Below are positions 23,937-24,000 of a stretch of 24,000 nt of DNA, piece by piece. Position numbers and translations under genes: made by a program. The first letter of the stretch is position 1. Every line of letters starts with the position of its first letter. The notes beneath the pieces are model-generated. The model searched no databases. It saw only the letters and a program-made list of their open reading frames with translations, and was not told where the DNA came from. Source of the stretch: Bacteroidota bacterium. Lineage in GTDB: Bacteria > Bacteroidota > Ignavibacteria > Ignavibacteriales > Ignavibacteriaceae. The stretch lies in assembly GCA_022562275.1 (NCBI GenBank), contig JADFPP010000020.1, positions 15,770 through 39,769 of the forward strand, given 5' to 3'.

Positions 23937-24000
23937 AATTAACTCACTGTGCATTGTACCTGCCAACGAGTGTTAATATTGGCAAGTATTTCAAAATGAA

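Noticed and set aside
23381-24000. ATTGGCAAG(A/T)ATTT string occurring after the deaminase gene (about 23383) and near the window end (about 23975)
   Set aside because: It is a short match of about 12 nt with a mismatch and no associated structure, so it is likely coincidental. The window ends before any context can be judged.

Overview
AT-rich bacterial chromosomal window; the gene content and codon style look like an FCB-group organism (Ignavibacteria/Bacteroidota-like), but that is inference only. There are three blocks. (1) nt 1-9607 holds a co-directional, essentially complete reductive pyrimidine catabolism cluster. It encodes a 5'-truncated malonate/methylmalonate-semialdehyde dehydrogenase, beta-ureidopropionase, a class III aminotransferase, PreT and PreA dihydropyrimidine dehydrogenase subunits, dihydropyrimidinase and an NCS1 nucleobase permease. 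Its intergenic gaps carry unusual short hairpin elements and a recurring 25-nt box. (2) nt ~9.6-14.7 kb is an accessory island of three two-gene cassettes, all on the + strand. The first is a small Rx4H HEPN protein plus a 747-aa KAP-family P-loop NTPase, which I consider the best candidate for an undescribed defence/abortive-infection system. The second is a small protein plus a minimal nucleotidyltransferase. The third is an MNT/HepT toxin-antitoxin pair. The cassettes are separated by degenerate direct copies of the 3' end and 3' flank of the neighbouring gene. (3) A 2055-aa thioester-containing alpha-2-macroglobulin gene lies on the minus strand. It is followed by an RraB-like gene, a decayed higBA relic, a DUF2809-like membrane protein, a second divergent MNT/HepT pair, an FCY1-type cytosine deaminase and a 7Fe-type ferredoxin. 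No tRNA, rRNA, CRISPR array, integrase or transposase was recognised.
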